Shown: positions 1 through 9,607 of the stretch, piece after piece
Position numbering within the stretch: the stretch's first letter is position 1
Layout of the letters: every line of letters starts with the position of its first letter
From: Asaia bogorensis
Lineage (GTDB): Bacteria; Pseudomonadota; Alphaproteobacteria; Reyranellales; Reyranellaceae
Assembly (NCBI GenBank): GCA_945889625.1
Contig: CAMDCE010000010.1
Coordinates: forward strand, 10,637-74,636
Reading direction: 5' to 3'
DNA length: 64,000 nt
The notes under the pieces: model-generated
Told to the model about the DNA's origin: nothing
Databases searched by the model: none
What the model saw: only the letters and a program-made list of their open reading frames with translations
Made by a program: the position numbers and the translations under genes

Positions 1-161
1 ATGTTGCCGATCAGGCTCTTCTTGGTGTCGAGCCGCGCCGAGGAATGGGTGTAGATCAGATCGTCGGCCAGCACCGCCTCCAGGGTGGCGATATCCTTCG
101 CCGCCATCGCGTGCATGCGCTTGCGGTCGAGATCGATGACCGTCTGTCCGTTGCCCGCCAT
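1..161 (-). CDS. nuclear transport factor 2 (DUF4440/SnoaL-like) family protein, 3' end outside window
   Basis: Manual translation from ATG 161: MAGNGQTVIDLDRKRMHAMAAKDIATLEAVLADDLIYTHSSARLDTKKSLIGN; follows the lactonase stop by 8 bp; not in ORF track. Confidence 0.75.
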   Translation of the reverse strand, partial: MAGNGQTVIDLDRKRMHAMAAKDIATLEAVLADDLIYTHSSARLDTKKSLIGN

Positions 162-169
162 GTCGCACC

Positions 170-1081
170 TCAGTTGTAATTGAGCTTCAGGCCCGGCGTC
201 GGCCATTGCATGACGCCGAGTTGGCCCTTGTCCGACAACGTAATGTAGGCCGTCTTCATGTCGGCGCCACCGAAACAGATATTGGTCGGAAAGACGTCGG
301 GCATCTTGACCTCGCGCACGACCGCGCCGGCCGGCGAGAATTCGGTGATCTTGCCTGTGGTCAACGTCACTACGACGATATTGCCATCGGCCAGCACGGC
401 GATGCTGTCGAAGCGCGCGGGCCCGATGACGCCGCCGATCACCTTTCCGCTGTGCGCTGCATGCCCCTTGGGTTTGCGCAACACGCCCGGACCTTCGACG
501 TCGAACGCCACGAGGCTGGCACTCTCGGTGTCGGCGACGTACAGCACCTTGCCGTCGGGCGACAAGGCGCAGCCGTTGGGACTGAGAAACGGGTAAGCCA
601 GGCAAACGATCTTCGATCCGTCCGGCAGCGCATAATAGACACCGCCATGGTCGCGGTGGCGGGGGTAGCGCTTGCCGAGATCGGTGAAGTAGAAGCCGCC
701 CTGCTTGTCGAACACCAGGTCGTTGGGCGCCGACAGCTTGTGGCCGTCGCATTCGATGTAGAGCGTCTTGGCCGCGCCGGTGTTGCGGTCCAGCCGCTGC
801 ACCGAGCCGTGCTTGTAGTCGGGATGCGGCCCCTGCCCCATCGAGACGCCCTCGACGTAGCGGCTGCCGCCGTTGTTGCAGAGATAGAGCGCGCCGTCGG
901 GCCCGACAGCGAGGCCGTTCGGCCCGCCGCCGGCCGCCGAGAACAGCGATACCTTGCCGTCGGGCGTCACGCGCGAGCAGCGGCCGTTGCGGATTTCCGT
1001 CAGGATCACCGATCCGTCGGGCATGACCACCGGGCCTTCGGGAAAGCCGAGACCCGCCGCCAGAATGCGCACATCACTCAT
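170..1081 (-). CDS. SMP-30/gluconolactonase/LRE family protein
   Basis: GLGFPEGP, GGGPNGLA, APNDL and PNGCALSPDG beta-propeller motifs. Confidence 0.9.
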   Translation of the reverse strand: MSDVRILAAGLGFPEGPVVMPDGSVILTEIRNGRCSRVTPDGKVSLFSAAGGGPNGLAVGPDGALYLCNNGGSRYVEGVSMGQGPHPDYKHGSVQRLDRNTGAAKTLYIECDGHKLSAPNDLVFDKQGGFYFTDLGKRYPRHRDHGGVYYALPDGSKIVCLAYPFLSPNGCALSPDGKVLYVADTESASLVAFDVEGPGVLRKPKGHAAHSGKVIGGVIGPARFDSIAVLADGNIVVVTLTTGKITEFSPAGAVVREVKMPDVFPTNICFGGADMKTAYITLSDKGQLGVMQWPTPGLKLNYN

Positions 1082-1190
1082 CGCGTTCCTCCGATTTCAT
1101 TGCCGGCTTGCGGTCATTCTACTGCCAAACCGCCGGCTTTCCATGTAGAGGGCATGGGTCCGACCGCAGCGCGACATCAAAGGAGGAAAC

Positions 1191-1541
1191 ATGCCGATCG
1201 CCACAAAATACCTGTTCATCGTCAGCATGGATGTGACCAAGGAGAAGGAGGCGCTGTTCAACGAGGTCTATGACACCGAGCACGTGCCGCTGCTGTTGAA
1301 GGTGCCGGGCGTCAGGGCGGTCACCCGCTGGAAGACCGAACCCGCCGCCTTCAATCTCGCCGGCGAGCGCAAGCTGCTCGATGGCGGCAGCGAGCCCAAC
1401 TATATGGCGATCTATGAACTCGACAGTCCGGACGTGCTGCTGAGCAAACCGTGGGCCGAGGCAGCGGAAAAAGGCCGCTGGCCGGGCGAGGTCCGTCCCT
1501 TCACCTCGAACCGCCGGCACATCGTCCGCAAGGTGATCTGA
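1191..1541 (+). CDS. dimeric alpha-beta barrel (EthD/DUF4286-like) protein
   Basis: FNEVYDTEHVPLLLKVPGV and YMAIYEL motifs; strong AAGGAGG RBS. Confidence 0.7.
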   Translation: MPIATKYLFIVSMDVTKEKEALFNEVYDTEHVPLLLKVPGVRAVTRWKTEPAAFNLAGERKLLDGGSEPNYMAIYELDSPDVLLSKPWAEAAEKGRWPGEVRPFTSNRRHIVRKVI

Positions 1542-1556
1542 CCGCCGCGGATGGCG

Positions 1557-1584
1557 TTGACGGGCTGCGTCACGCCTTTAACGT
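1557..1584 (+). promoter_or_regulatory. candidate sigma70 promoter for cupin-ferredoxin-LLM operon
   Basis: TTGACG-N16-TAACGT upstream of GGGAGG RBS and ATG 1606. Confidence 0.4.
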
Positions 1585-1605
1585 GCGCGTCCAAGGGGAG
1601 GTCCC

Positions 1606-2196
1606 ATGGCAATCCGAGCTGATGTCGCTGCCCAACGCGCAAAGGCGTGCAAGGCGTTCATGGCGCAGGTGCACGCGACCACGGCGAAAGAAGGCATCAC
1701 CCCTTCGACGCTGCATGCGCTGAAGCTGAAACTGGTGGCCCTGGCCAGGCGTAGGGACCTGTTCCCGCTGGCCGACTTCGCCATGCCGCAGGCGCAGGGC
1801 CGCAGCCATCCCCTGCTGGTCGAAGACAATGACGGGCACGGCCTCTATCTGACCATCAGTCTCCCGGGCAAGGAGGCGGCGCCGCACGACCATGGCATCT
1901 GGTGCGTCAATGCCGCGATCTCGGGGCGGGAGCGGCACGAGTTCTATCGGCGCACCGATGACGGCAGAAAGATCGGAAGCGCCACGGTGGTCAAGGTGGG
2001 CGAGGTGATGGTCGAACCGGGCAGTGGCATGGTGATGGCCGACCATGACATCCACAGCACCGTGGTCGTGGGCGACCGGCCGTCTGTCAGTCTGGCGCTC
2101 TATGGCTACGCCCTGGCGCGGTTCCCCTCCGTCCAGTGGTTCCATCCCGAGTTCACATCGGTGCGCGCGACTGCGTCGCGTCGGCATGCAGCGTGA
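1606..2196 (+). CDS. cysteine/thiol dioxygenase-like cupin (3-His metal site)
   Basis: PHDHG...DHDIHS...LYG pattern typical of CDO-like double-stranded beta-helix proteins. Confidence 0.7.
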   Translation: MAIRADVAAQRAKACKAFMAQVHATTAKEGITPSTLHALKLKLVALARRRDLFPLADFAMPQAQGRSHPLLVEDNDGHGLYLTISLPGKEAAPHDHGIWCVNAAISGRERHEFYRRTDDGRKIGSATVVKVGEVMVEPGSGMVMADHDIHSTVVVGDRPSVSLALYGYALARFPSVQWFHPEFTSVRATASRRHAA

Positions 2197-2203
2197 GGCA
2201 CTG

Positions 2204-2506
2204 ATGGCACGGACGCCGAAGACGTTCCAGGTCACGATCCGCAACAGCGGTCAGACGATCGCCTGCGCCGCCGATCGGACGATCCTGCAGGCGGCAATCG
2301 CCGCCGGAGTCGACTACCCCTACGCTTGTGCCACGGGCAATTGCGCGACCTGCATCTCCAAGCTCGAGGATGGAAAGGTGTCGCTCCTGCCGCACGGCGA
2401 CGCCTGCTTGGGCAAGGCGCAGCAGAAATCAGGCCTGACGCTTGCCTGCCGGGCGCGGCCGCGCAGCGACGTGACGATCAACTGGCTGGCACGCGCCGGG
2501 AGCTAG
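2204..2506 (+). CDS. plant-type [2Fe-2S] ferredoxin, basic
   Basis: C-x4-C-x2-C (CATGNCATC) plus distal LAC; start set at ATG 2204, 7 bp after the cupin stop. Confidence 0.85.
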   Translation: MARTPKTFQVTIRNSGQTIACAADRTILQAAIAAGVDYPYACATGNCATCISKLEDGKVSLLPHGDACLGKAQQKSGLTLACRARPRSDVTINWLARAGS

Positions 2507-2519
2507 CGAAGCGAAGTCC

Positions 2520-3473
2520 ATGCAGATCGGTTTCAACCTGCCGAACTCCGGCCCGCTTTCCGCCGTCGCCGAAATGACGAAGATCGCCACCGAGGGCGAG
2601 GCGATGGGCTTCGACTATCTCACCATGACCGACCACGTCGTGCTGCCCGACACCAAGGTCCCCGGCTATCCCTATTCCGAGAGCGGCGAGTTCTACGAGT
2701 CCGCGCCGACCGAACGGCACGAGCAATTGATCGGCATGGCCTATGTCGCGGCCAAGACCACGCGCATCCGCCTGGTGGCGGCCGTGCTGGTGGTGCCGCA
2801 CCGCCCCGCCGTGCTGGCCGCCAAGATGCTGGCCACCCTCGATGTGCTGAGCGGTGGGCGGCTGGTCGTGGGTGTCGGCGCCGGCTGGCTGAAGACCGAG
2901 TTCGACGCCGTCGTCACGACTCCCTTCGTCGACCGCGGCGCGGTGACCGATGAGTACATCGACGCCTTCCGCGTGCTGTGGACCGAAGCCGCGCCGCGCT
3001 TTGCCGGCCGCTTCACCAACTTCGACGGCATTGTGCTGGAGCCCAAGCCCATCCAGCGGCCCTACCCGCCGATCTGGATCGGCGGCGAGAGCGGTCCCTC
3101 GGTGCGTCGCGCTGCCAGGATCGGCGATGCCTGGTATCCGATCGGCAGCAACAACAAGCACCTGCTCGACACGCTGCCGCGCCTGAAAGCCGGCATCGCC
3201 CGCCTGCGCAAGGCCACCGCCGAGACCGGTCGCGACCCCGCCTCCGTCGGCGTCGCCTATCGCGTGAAGCGTTATGGTGCGGCGGTGCCGCCCGTCGCCT
3301 CGGATGGCGACCGTCGCCTGTTCTCGGGCAGCGAGGCCGACGTTATCGGCGATTTCCGCGCACTGCGCGATGCCGGCGTCACCGCCCTCGACATCGATTT
3401 CGGCCGCCCGACCGCCGCAGCGGCGATCGCCGAAATGCGCCGGTTCAAGGCCGCCGTTATCGAGAAGATCTGA
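2520..3473 (+). CDS. LLM class oxidoreductase (probable F420-dependent, Rv2161c-like)
   Basis: MQIGFNLP, GFDYLTMTDHVV, LDVLSGGRLVVGVGAGW, PKPIQRPYPPIWIGG. Confidence 0.85.
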   Translation: MQIGFNLPNSGPLSAVAEMTKIATEGEAMGFDYLTMTDHVVLPDTKVPGYPYSESGEFYESAPTERHEQLIGMAYVAAKTTRIRLVAAVLVVPHRPAVLAAKMLATLDVLSGGRLVVGVGAGWLKTEFDAVVTTPFVDRGAVTDEYIDAFRVLWTEAAPRFAGRFTNFDGIVLEPKPIQRPYPPIWIGGESGPSVRRAARIGDAWYPIGSNNKHLLDTLPRLKAGIARLRKATAETGRDPASVGVAYRVKRYGAAVPPVASDGDRRLFSGSEADVIGDFRALRDAGVTALDIDFGRPTAAAAIAEMRRFKAAVIEKI

Positions 3474-4761
3474 CGGGGCGTGCCAGTCCGAGATGATCGC
3501 GCAACATCGTGCCTGAGTAGTCGGCGCGAAACAGGCCACGCTCCTGCAGCAGGGGCACCACCAGCTCCACGAAGTCGTCGAACTGGCCGGGGAAGAACGG
3601 CGGCATGACATTGAAGCCGTCGGCGGCGCCCGCACGGAACCAGCGCTCCAGCGTGTCGGCGATCCGCAACGGGGTATCGACCAGCAGCAGGTGACCGCGC
3701 GCCGCCGCCGCTCGATGGAAGAGTTGCCGCAAGGTCAGTTTCTCGCGGCGTGCCATCTGCGCCAGCAGGGCGGCCCGGCTCTTGAGATGCTCGGTCTCCG
3801 GCAGTTCAGGCACAGGCTCATCGAGCGGATAGACCGACATGTCGGCGCCCAGTCGCTCCGACAGGACGGTGAAAGCCTGCGCCGTATCGATGTTGCGATT
3901 GAGCTCGACGAAGATCGCCTGCGCCTCCTGCTCCGTCCGCCCGATCACCGGGAAAACGCCCGGCATGACCAGTGCGCTCGCCGCCGGTCGGCCAAAGTCG
4001 ATCACCTGCGCCCTCACTGCCTTGTAGAAGACCTGCGCCTCCGCCATGTCGTTCTGCGCCGTGAACACCACGTCGGCGATGCGCGCCGCCAGCGCCTGGC
4101 CGGGGCCCGAGGAACCGGCCTGGATCAGCACCGGGTGACCCTGCGGCGATCGCGGCACGTTCAACGCACCCTGGACACTGAAGTACTTCCCCTGAAAATC
4201 CGGCACATGCAGGCTGCCGGGGCGGACAAAGCGTCCGGCTGCCTTGTCGGCGATGAAGGCATCGTCGTCCCAGCTGTCCCAGAGAATCCGGCAGGCCTCG
4301 ACGAATTCCTCGGCCATCGCGTAGCGCTCGGCGTGCGGCGGGTGCTGGCGGCCGAACACGGCGCCCGACTTGGCGTAGGCGGTCGTGACGACGTTCCACC
4401 CTGCCCGCCCTCCCGAGAGATGATCGAGCGAAGCGAAGCCGCGCGCCACGTGATAGGGATCGGCATAGGTCGTCGACGCGGTGGCCGCCAGCCCGAGCCG
4501 CGACGTGCCCATGGCCAGTGCCGAGAGCAAGGTCAGCGGCTCGAATTTGCCGATGGTCGAGGGATGCTCGCCGTAGCCGGTGGCAAAACCGTCACCCAGG
4601 AAGAACATATCGAACTTGCCGCGCTCGGCGGTGGCGGCGATGTGTTTCATCAGCCCAAGATTGGGGCCGCCCGACACGGCATCGGGATGTCGCCAGCCGG
4701 CCACGTGATGGCCCGGCACCTGCACGAAAACGCCGAGACGCATCTGGCCGCGTGGTGTCAC
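3457..4761 (-). CDS. LLM class flavin-dependent monooxygenase, NtaA/DszA/SnaA family
   Basis: AERGKFDMFFLGDG, FEPLTLLSAL, LDHLSGGRAGWNVVT, PVLIQAGSSGPG, ADGFNVMP. Confidence 0.9.
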   Translation of the reverse strand: MTPRGQMRLGVFVQVPGHHVAGWRHPDAVSGGPNLGLMKHIAATAERGKFDMFFLGDGFATGYGEHPSTIGKFEPLTLLSALAMGTSRLGLAATASTTYADPYHVARGFASLDHLSGGRAGWNVVTTAYAKSGAVFGRQHPPHAERYAMAEEFVEACRILWDSWDDDAFIADKAAGRFVRPGSLHVPDFQGKYFSVQGALNVPRSPQGHPVLIQAGSSGPGQALAARIADVVFTAQNDMAEAQVFYKAVRAQVIDFGRPAASALVMPGVFPVIGRTEQEAQAIFVELNRNIDTAQAFTVLSERLGADMSVYPLDEPVPELPETEHLKSRAALLAQMARREKLTLRQLFHRAAAARGHLLLVDTPLRIADTLERWFRAGAADGFNVMPPFFPGQFDDFVELVVPLLQERGLFRADYSGTMLRDHLGLARPVRSSR

Positions 4762-4773
4762 GAGCGTGCCCGC

Positions 4774-6261
4774 CTAGAGAGTCTGCGAACCGCGCCGCCG
4801 GGCAAGACCGAGGCGAAAGATCGACGTCGGACTATGCGGCACGGCATGCGGCAGCATCAGGTCAGGCCCCCAGCCGATATCGAGCATCGACGAACCGGGG
4901 AAGCTGCCGGCGCGGTCGACATAGGCCGGCGTCCTGTCCAGACCGACCGCCGGCCCGACCCGCGTCAACAGACCGATCGGCGACTCCTGATCGACCAGAT
5001 AGCGATCGAGCTCGCTGTCGACGATCGGAACGGCCGCTTCGCGATTGTCGGCATAGCGCGTGCCGAGCATGGCCGTCTTGGCCAGCGCCACGCGGACCCG
5101 CCAACTGCCGCCCTCCTCGGCGCGACGCTGCAGCGCCGCCAAGACGCCGAGCGCGCCCAGGCAGCCCGAGCCGTAGTCGTTGAAGTAGGCAGGGATCAGC
5201 GCCGTCTTTCCAAGCCTGGCGCTGTGCAAGGCCGCCAGTCCGGTGGCGGCCTGCGCCAGCTGCTCCCAGCCACGGCGCTCGGCCCACGGCCCCTGGAAGC
5301 CATAGGCATTGACCTCGACATAGATCAGCCGCGGATTGATCTTGCGCAGGTCCTCCGGGCCGAAGCCGCGGCGGGCAAAGGATCCCGGGCGGAAGCCCTG
5401 CACGAAGACGTCACACTCGCGCACCAGCTCGAGCGCCCGTGCCCGGTCGACCTCGGCGCGCAGATCCATGTAGGTGTTTTTCTTGCCGAACGACGTGTCG
5501 ATGTCGAAGCCGAGAATATGGTCCTGATAGGGATAGCGGCAGTGAATGACGTCGGCGCCGTGCTCGGCCAGCAGCTTGCTGACCGTGGGTCCCGCAACGA
5601 CATGCGTGAAGTCGAGCACGCGCAGCTTCTCCAGCGGCCGGAAAGCGGCCGGCGTGAAGGGCACCGCGGGACCGTCGGCCAGCCGGTCAAGTTCGATCAG
5701 CGGCACGCCGGCCAGCGCCTTGCCCTGGGGATGGGCGTGCCATTCCTCCGGACTGCGCTTGATCGCGGCACAGAGCCCGAGGGCGGCGAGCTCGTCCTCG
5801 AGCGGCTGGGCATCGTATTGCGCTACGCGCTTGGCAATCGCCTCGCGGTCGCTGGGACAGCCGAGGAACCGCAGGATGCCGTCGCGTAGATGTGAGTAGG
5901 CGCCGTTGAAGACGATCTCGCGGCCATCGCGCGTGCGGTAGAAGCCGTTGACCGGCGTGAACACCGCGCTGATGTCGAACTGCCAGCCGCTCTGGAAGAA
6001 ATGCGCGACCTCGTTGAAGAGCAGCGCCGCATGGCGCCGGTCAACCTTGACCTGCTGGGGCCCGAGACCACGGCGCTCGCCAACCCTCGCCACGGCGCTG
6101 CCGATCGCTCCCATCAGCGTGACGGCAAAGTCTGCGGCCTCGACGACGGAATCGATGTAACTCGGGGATTGCTCGACCTCGACCGCGTCCGACGCGGGCT
6201 GAGGCAGGCCCAGCCCCTGGGTGATTTCCGCCAGGATCTTCTTTTGTCGTTCGCTGTACAC
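4774..6261 (-). CDS. CoA transferase family III (CaiB/BaiF)
   Basis: LRVLDFTHVVAGP, LAEHGADV, CDVFVQGFRPG; start uncertain (GTG 6261 or ATG 6303). Confidence 0.85.
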   Translation of the reverse strand: MYSERQKKILAEITQGLGLPQPASDAVEVEQSPSYIDSVVEAADFAVTLMGAIGSAVARVGERRGLGPQQVKVDRRHAALLFNEVAHFFQSGWQFDISAVFTPVNGFYRTRDGREIVFNGAYSHLRDGILRFLGCPSDREAIAKRVAQYDAQPLEDELAALGLCAAIKRSPEEWHAHPQGKALAGVPLIELDRLADGPAVPFTPAAFRPLEKLRVLDFTHVVAGPTVSKLLAEHGADVIHCRYPYQDHILGFDIDTSFGKKNTYMDLRAEVDRARALELVRECDVFVQGFRPGSFARRGFGPEDLRKINPRLIYVEVNAYGFQGPWAERRGWEQLAQAATGLAALHSARLGKTALIPAYFNDYGSGCLGALGVLAALQRRAEEGGSWRVRVALAKTAMLGTRYADNREAAVPIVDSELDRYLVDQESPIGLLTRVGPAVGLDRTPAYVDRAGSFPGSSMLDIGWGPDLMLPHAVPHSPTSIFRLGLARRRGSQTL

Positions 6262-6322
6262 CGTCGCAAAATGAGCCCAACAGGCCCCAATGTCGCGCGT
6301 CATTTTTCCAGAGGAGACGAAG

Positions 6323-7036
6323 ATGGCCGAACCACTTGTCGTCATTACCGGTGCCAGTTCGGGGATCGGGCTTGCCCTTGGCCGGGCGTTCGCCAAGGAC
6401 GGCAACGCGCTGCTGTTGATCGCGCGGCATATGAAGCCGGTGGAAGACCTGTCTGCCGATCGAACAGCCTATGCGGAGGCCGACGTCGCCGACTACCCAG
6501 CACTCGAGCGCGCCATCCGCGGCGCCGAAGCGAAATTCGGCAAGACCGCCTGCCTGATCAACAACGCCGGCCTGGCCGACGCACGGAATTTCAAGGACGT
6601 CGATCCGGCAAGCTACAGCCACGAGATCGACGTCAACCTGAAGGGCGTGCTGAACGGCACCAAGGCGGTGATCGGCGACATGTCGAGCCGCGGTGCCGGC
6701 ACCATCATCAACATCAGCTCGGTCAGCGACCGCAAGACCTCGCCGGTGGCCGTGACCTACACCGCCACCAAGTACGGCGTGCGGGCCATCAGCGAATCGC
6801 TGCGCGAGGCCGAGGGCAGAAACGGCGTGCGCGTGATCAATGTGGCGCCGGGCTACGTCCGCACCAACATCCATGCCGGCATGGGCATCAGTTTCGACGA
6901 ATACCGCAAGGCACTCGGCGATCCCGATTTCCTGACTGCAGAGGAGCTCGCCGATATCGTGCTTTATTGCTGGAAGTTGCCGGCGCGGGTCTGCATCCGG
7001 GACATCGTCGTGGCCCCGACGCGCACGACCTTCTGA
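6323..7036 (+). CDS. short-chain dehydrogenase/reductase
   Basis: ITGASSGIG, NNAG, YTATK (YxxxK); GAGGAG RBS before ATG 6323. Confidence 0.9.
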   Translation: MAEPLVVITGASSGIGLALGRAFAKDGNALLLIARHMKPVEDLSADRTAYAEADVADYPALERAIRGAEAKFGKTACLINNAGLADARNFKDVDPASYSHEIDVNLKGVLNGTKAVIGDMSSRGAGTIINISSVSDRKTSPVAVTYTATKYGVRAISESLREAEGRNGVRVINVAPGYVRTNIHAGMGISFDEYRKALGDPDFLTAEELADIVLYCWKLPARVCIRDIVVAPTRTTF

Positions 7037-7058
7037 ATTCCGAGAGTCTTCGTGCATA

Positions 7059-7976
7059 ATGGTGGTCGACATGACGCCGCCCACCAGCACCAACGCCGTT
7101 GCGATCGAACTCAATGCGGTGCTCGTGGCGCTCACCGCCGATGAGCCGCAGGTGCTGACCCTGGAAGACGGCGCGCTGCTGCCCTCGGGGTCGTTCGAAT
7201 CGGAGCACCCTACCCTGCAGACCGGCGTGCGCGCCTGGGTCGAGCAGCAGACGCACCATCCGCTGGGCTATGTCGAGCAGCTCTACACCTTCGCCGACCG
7301 CAACCGCGGCGCGGCCGAGGGCGGCCGCGTGGTGTCGATCAGCTATCTCGGCCTGACGCGCGAGCGTCTGTCGCGTGGACCGCGCGATCCGGAATGGCGC
7401 AACTGGTACCGTTATTTTCCCTGGGAGGATTGGCGCACCGGCCCTGCCCCGCTGGTCGCCAGGCAAATCCTGCCCCGCCTCAGGAAGTGGGCGAATACGC
7501 GCGATCGCAAGCAGCGTGTTGAAATGAATTTCGGCGACGGCAAGGAGCAGTGGAACGAAGACCTGGTGCTGCAGCGCTACGAGCTGCTCTACGAGGTAGG
7601 CCTGGTCCCCGAAGCTGGCGGATCGGCCGCCGATCCCCTGCTGGGCATGCCGATGCGCCACGACCATCGCCGCATCCTCGCCACCGGCATCGCCCGGCTG
7701 CGCGCCAAGATCAAGTATCGTCCGGTGGTGTTCGAGCTGATGCCGCCGGAATTCACGTTGCTGCAGCTGCAGCGCGCCGTCGAGGCGCTGGCCGGGCGGC
7801 CATTGCACAAGCAGAACTTCCGCCGCCTGATCGACCAGCAGGGCCTGGTCGAGGAAACCGGTGCGATCTCGTCGGAGACCGGCGGCCGCCCGGCCAAGCT
7901 CTATCGCTTTCGCCGCGAGATCGTGCTCGAGCGCGCCGTCGGCGGCAGCAAGCTGCCGTTGTCGCGCTCGGTGTGA
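7059..7976 (+). CDS. nadQ: NadQ/NrtR-type Nudix-related transcriptional regulator of NAD biosynthesis
   Basis: Degenerate Nudix N-terminus (VEQQTHHPLGYVEQLYTFADR), C-terminal wHTH (FTLLQLQ...LHKQNFRR...GGRPAKLYRF); next to nadA, with a matching operator. Confidence 0.85.
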   Translation: MVVDMTPPTSTNAVAIELNAVLVALTADEPQVLTLEDGALLPSGSFESEHPTLQTGVRAWVEQQTHHPLGYVEQLYTFADRNRGAAEGGRVVSISYLGLTRERLSRGPRDPEWRNWYRYFPWEDWRTGPAPLVARQILPRLRKWANTRDRKQRVEMNFGDGKEQWNEDLVLQRYELLYEVGLVPEAGGSAADPLLGMPMRHDHRRILATGIARLRAKIKYRPVVFELMPPEFTLLQLQRAVEALAGRPLHKQNFRRLIDQQGLVEETGAISSETGGRPAKLYRFRREIVLERAVGGSKLPLSRSV

Positions 7977-7982
7977 TCGCTT

Positions 7983-8501
7983 CTATCGGGGGGCGACGCG
8001 TTTCCAGTCGGCGGCAACGAAACCCTGCGCATCGAGCGGCGCTTCCTTGGCGATCGCAGGCTCGGCTCCCCGGCACACCCAATCGTAGGCCAGCATCCGT
8101 GCCGTCCCGGTAACGACCCGCGGGATGACGGCAGAGGCGCTGTTCTGCGGATCCCTGCAGAATTCCCGCATGGCCGGGCTCGGCGTGCGGTCGGTGCCGG
8201 CCCGCATGCAGGACGGCGTCTGGGCATTGCGGCAGACCAGCACTTCGCCGTCCACGCAGCGCCAGGCGATGCCATAGAAGGGCTGCGTTCCGTCGCGAAA
8301 CGCCGTGATCTCCCGCGGGCTGAAGTAGGACGCCAGCATCCCGTCGGGCACGCCGCCGCTAAATCGGGCATCGGGCTCATTGATCGTGCCGACGGCCCGG
8401 CAATAGGCCGAGGGATCGGTGAATTGTTGAGCCTGCGCTACTGCCGACGTCGCGCCGACCAAGGCGGCCAGCGTGGCGACGATGATGATTCTGACCGGCA
8501 T
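7983..8501 (-). CDS. hypothetical secreted protein with Cys pattern
   Basis: Signal peptide (IIIVATLAALVGATSAVAQA); YCRAVGT, WRCVDGEVLVC, MREFC, YDWVC. Confidence 0.7.
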   Translation of the reverse strand: MPVRIIIVATLAALVGATSAVAQAQQFTDPSAYCRAVGTINEPDARFSGGVPDGMLASYFSPREITAFRDGTQPFYGIAWRCVDGEVLVCRNAQTPSCMRAGTDRTPSPAMREFCRDPQNSASAVIPRVVTGTARMLAYDWVCRGAEPAIAKEAPLDAQGFVAADWKRVAPR

Positions 8502-8542
8502 CTTTCGGCCTCCGTGGCCGTCTTGTACCGCGAAAATAGGGG

Positions 8543-8571
8543 TTGACGCCTATTATGCTCACTCTTAGCAT
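8543..8571 (+). promoter_or_regulatory. sigma70 promoter of nadA-nadC
   Basis: TTGACG (8543-8548)-N17-TAGCAT (8566-8571). Confidence 0.7.
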
Positions 8572-8594
8572 AATAGAAATGCTCTTAGTGAGCA
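8551..8594. promoter_or_regulatory. tandem NadQ operators
   Basis: Perfect 9-bp inverted repeat TATTATGCT-N7-AGCATAATA (8551-8575) over the -10, and a second site TGCTC-N5-GAGCA (8580-8594); fits the NadQ-type ttATRCTC-N5-GAGYATaa motif. Confidence 0.8.
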
Positions 8595-8607
8595 GAAGAG
8601 GTGCCAG

Positions 8608-9600
8608 ATGTCCTCCCTCGCTTTCTCCCCCGACCTGATGAGCCGCACCGCGCCACTCTATGAGCGTGTGAAGTCGGTGATCCCCTCGATTGAATGGCCG
8701 GCCTTCGCGGCCGACATCGACGCCATCCTGACGCTGAAGCGCGAGCGCGACGCGGTGATCCTGGCGCACAACTACCAGACGCCGGAGATCTTCCACTGCG
8801 TCGCCGACATCGTGGGCGATAGCCTCGCACTCGCCCGCGAGGCCATGAAGGTCGATGCCAAGGTGATCGTGCTGGCCGGCGTCCATTTCATGGCCGAGAC
8901 GGCAAAGCTCCTCAATCCGGCCAAGCACGTGCTGATCCCCGACCTCAGGGCCGGCTGCTCGCTCGCCGCCTCGATCACCGCCGCCGATGTGCGCCTGTTG
9001 CGCCAGCGTTACCCTGGCGTGCCGATTGTCACCTACGTCAATACGTCGGCGGCGGTGAAGGCAGAGAGCGACATCTGCTGCACCTCGGGCAACGCCAGGA
9101 AGATCGTTGAAAGTCTCGGGGTCCCGAAGGTTATCATGCTGCCCGACGAGTATCTGGCGCAGAACATCGCCCGCGAGACCGGCGTCGAGATCGTCACCTG
9201 GGCGGGACACTGCGAGGTCCACGAGCGCTTCTCCGCCGCCGACGTCCGCCAGTTGCGCGCCGGCCATCCCGGCATCGTGGTGCTGGCCCATCCGGAGTGT
9301 CCGCCCGAAGTGGTGGCCGAGGCCGACTTCGCCGGCTCGACCGCGGCGATGATCGACTATGTCGGCACCCAGCACCCGGCGCGGGTCGTGCTCATGACCG
9401 AATGCTCGATGAGCGACAATGTCGCCGTCCAGCATCCCGAAACGGAGTTCATTCGGCCGTGCAATCTCTGCCCCCACATGAAGCGCATCACCCTGCCCAG
9501 GATCCGGCGTGCGCTGGAAACGATGGAGCACGAGGTGACGATCGACCCGACCGTCGCCGGACCGGCGCGACGGGCGGTCGAACGCATGCTGGCGATCTGA
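8608..9600 (+). CDS. nadA: quinolinate synthase
   Basis: [39 protein letters not shown]. Confidence 0.97.
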   Translation: MSSLAFSPDLMSRTAPLYERVKSVIPSIEWPAFAADIDAILTLKRERDAVILAHNYQTPEIFHCVADIVGDSLALAREAMKVDAKVIVLAGVHFMAETAKLLNPAKHVLIPDLRAGCSLAASITAADVRLLRQRYPGVPIVTYVNTSAAVKAESDICCTSGNARKIVESLGVPKVIMLPDEYLAQNIARETGVEIVTWAGHCEVHERFSAADVRQLRAGHPGIVVLAHPECPPEVVAEADFAGSTAAMIDYVGTQHPARVVLMTECSMSDNVAVQHPETEFIRPCNLCPHMKRITLPRIRRALETMEHEVTIDPTVAGPARRAVERMLAI

Positions 9601-9607
9601 GCGCATC

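Noticed and set aside
3691-5889. 732-aa plus-strand ORF, and similar long ORFs at 17253-18743, 35854-37443, 46553-48964 and 59275-61056
   Set aside because: Antisense shadows of well-supported genes in high-GC DNA; Arg/Ala/Gly-rich with no motifs
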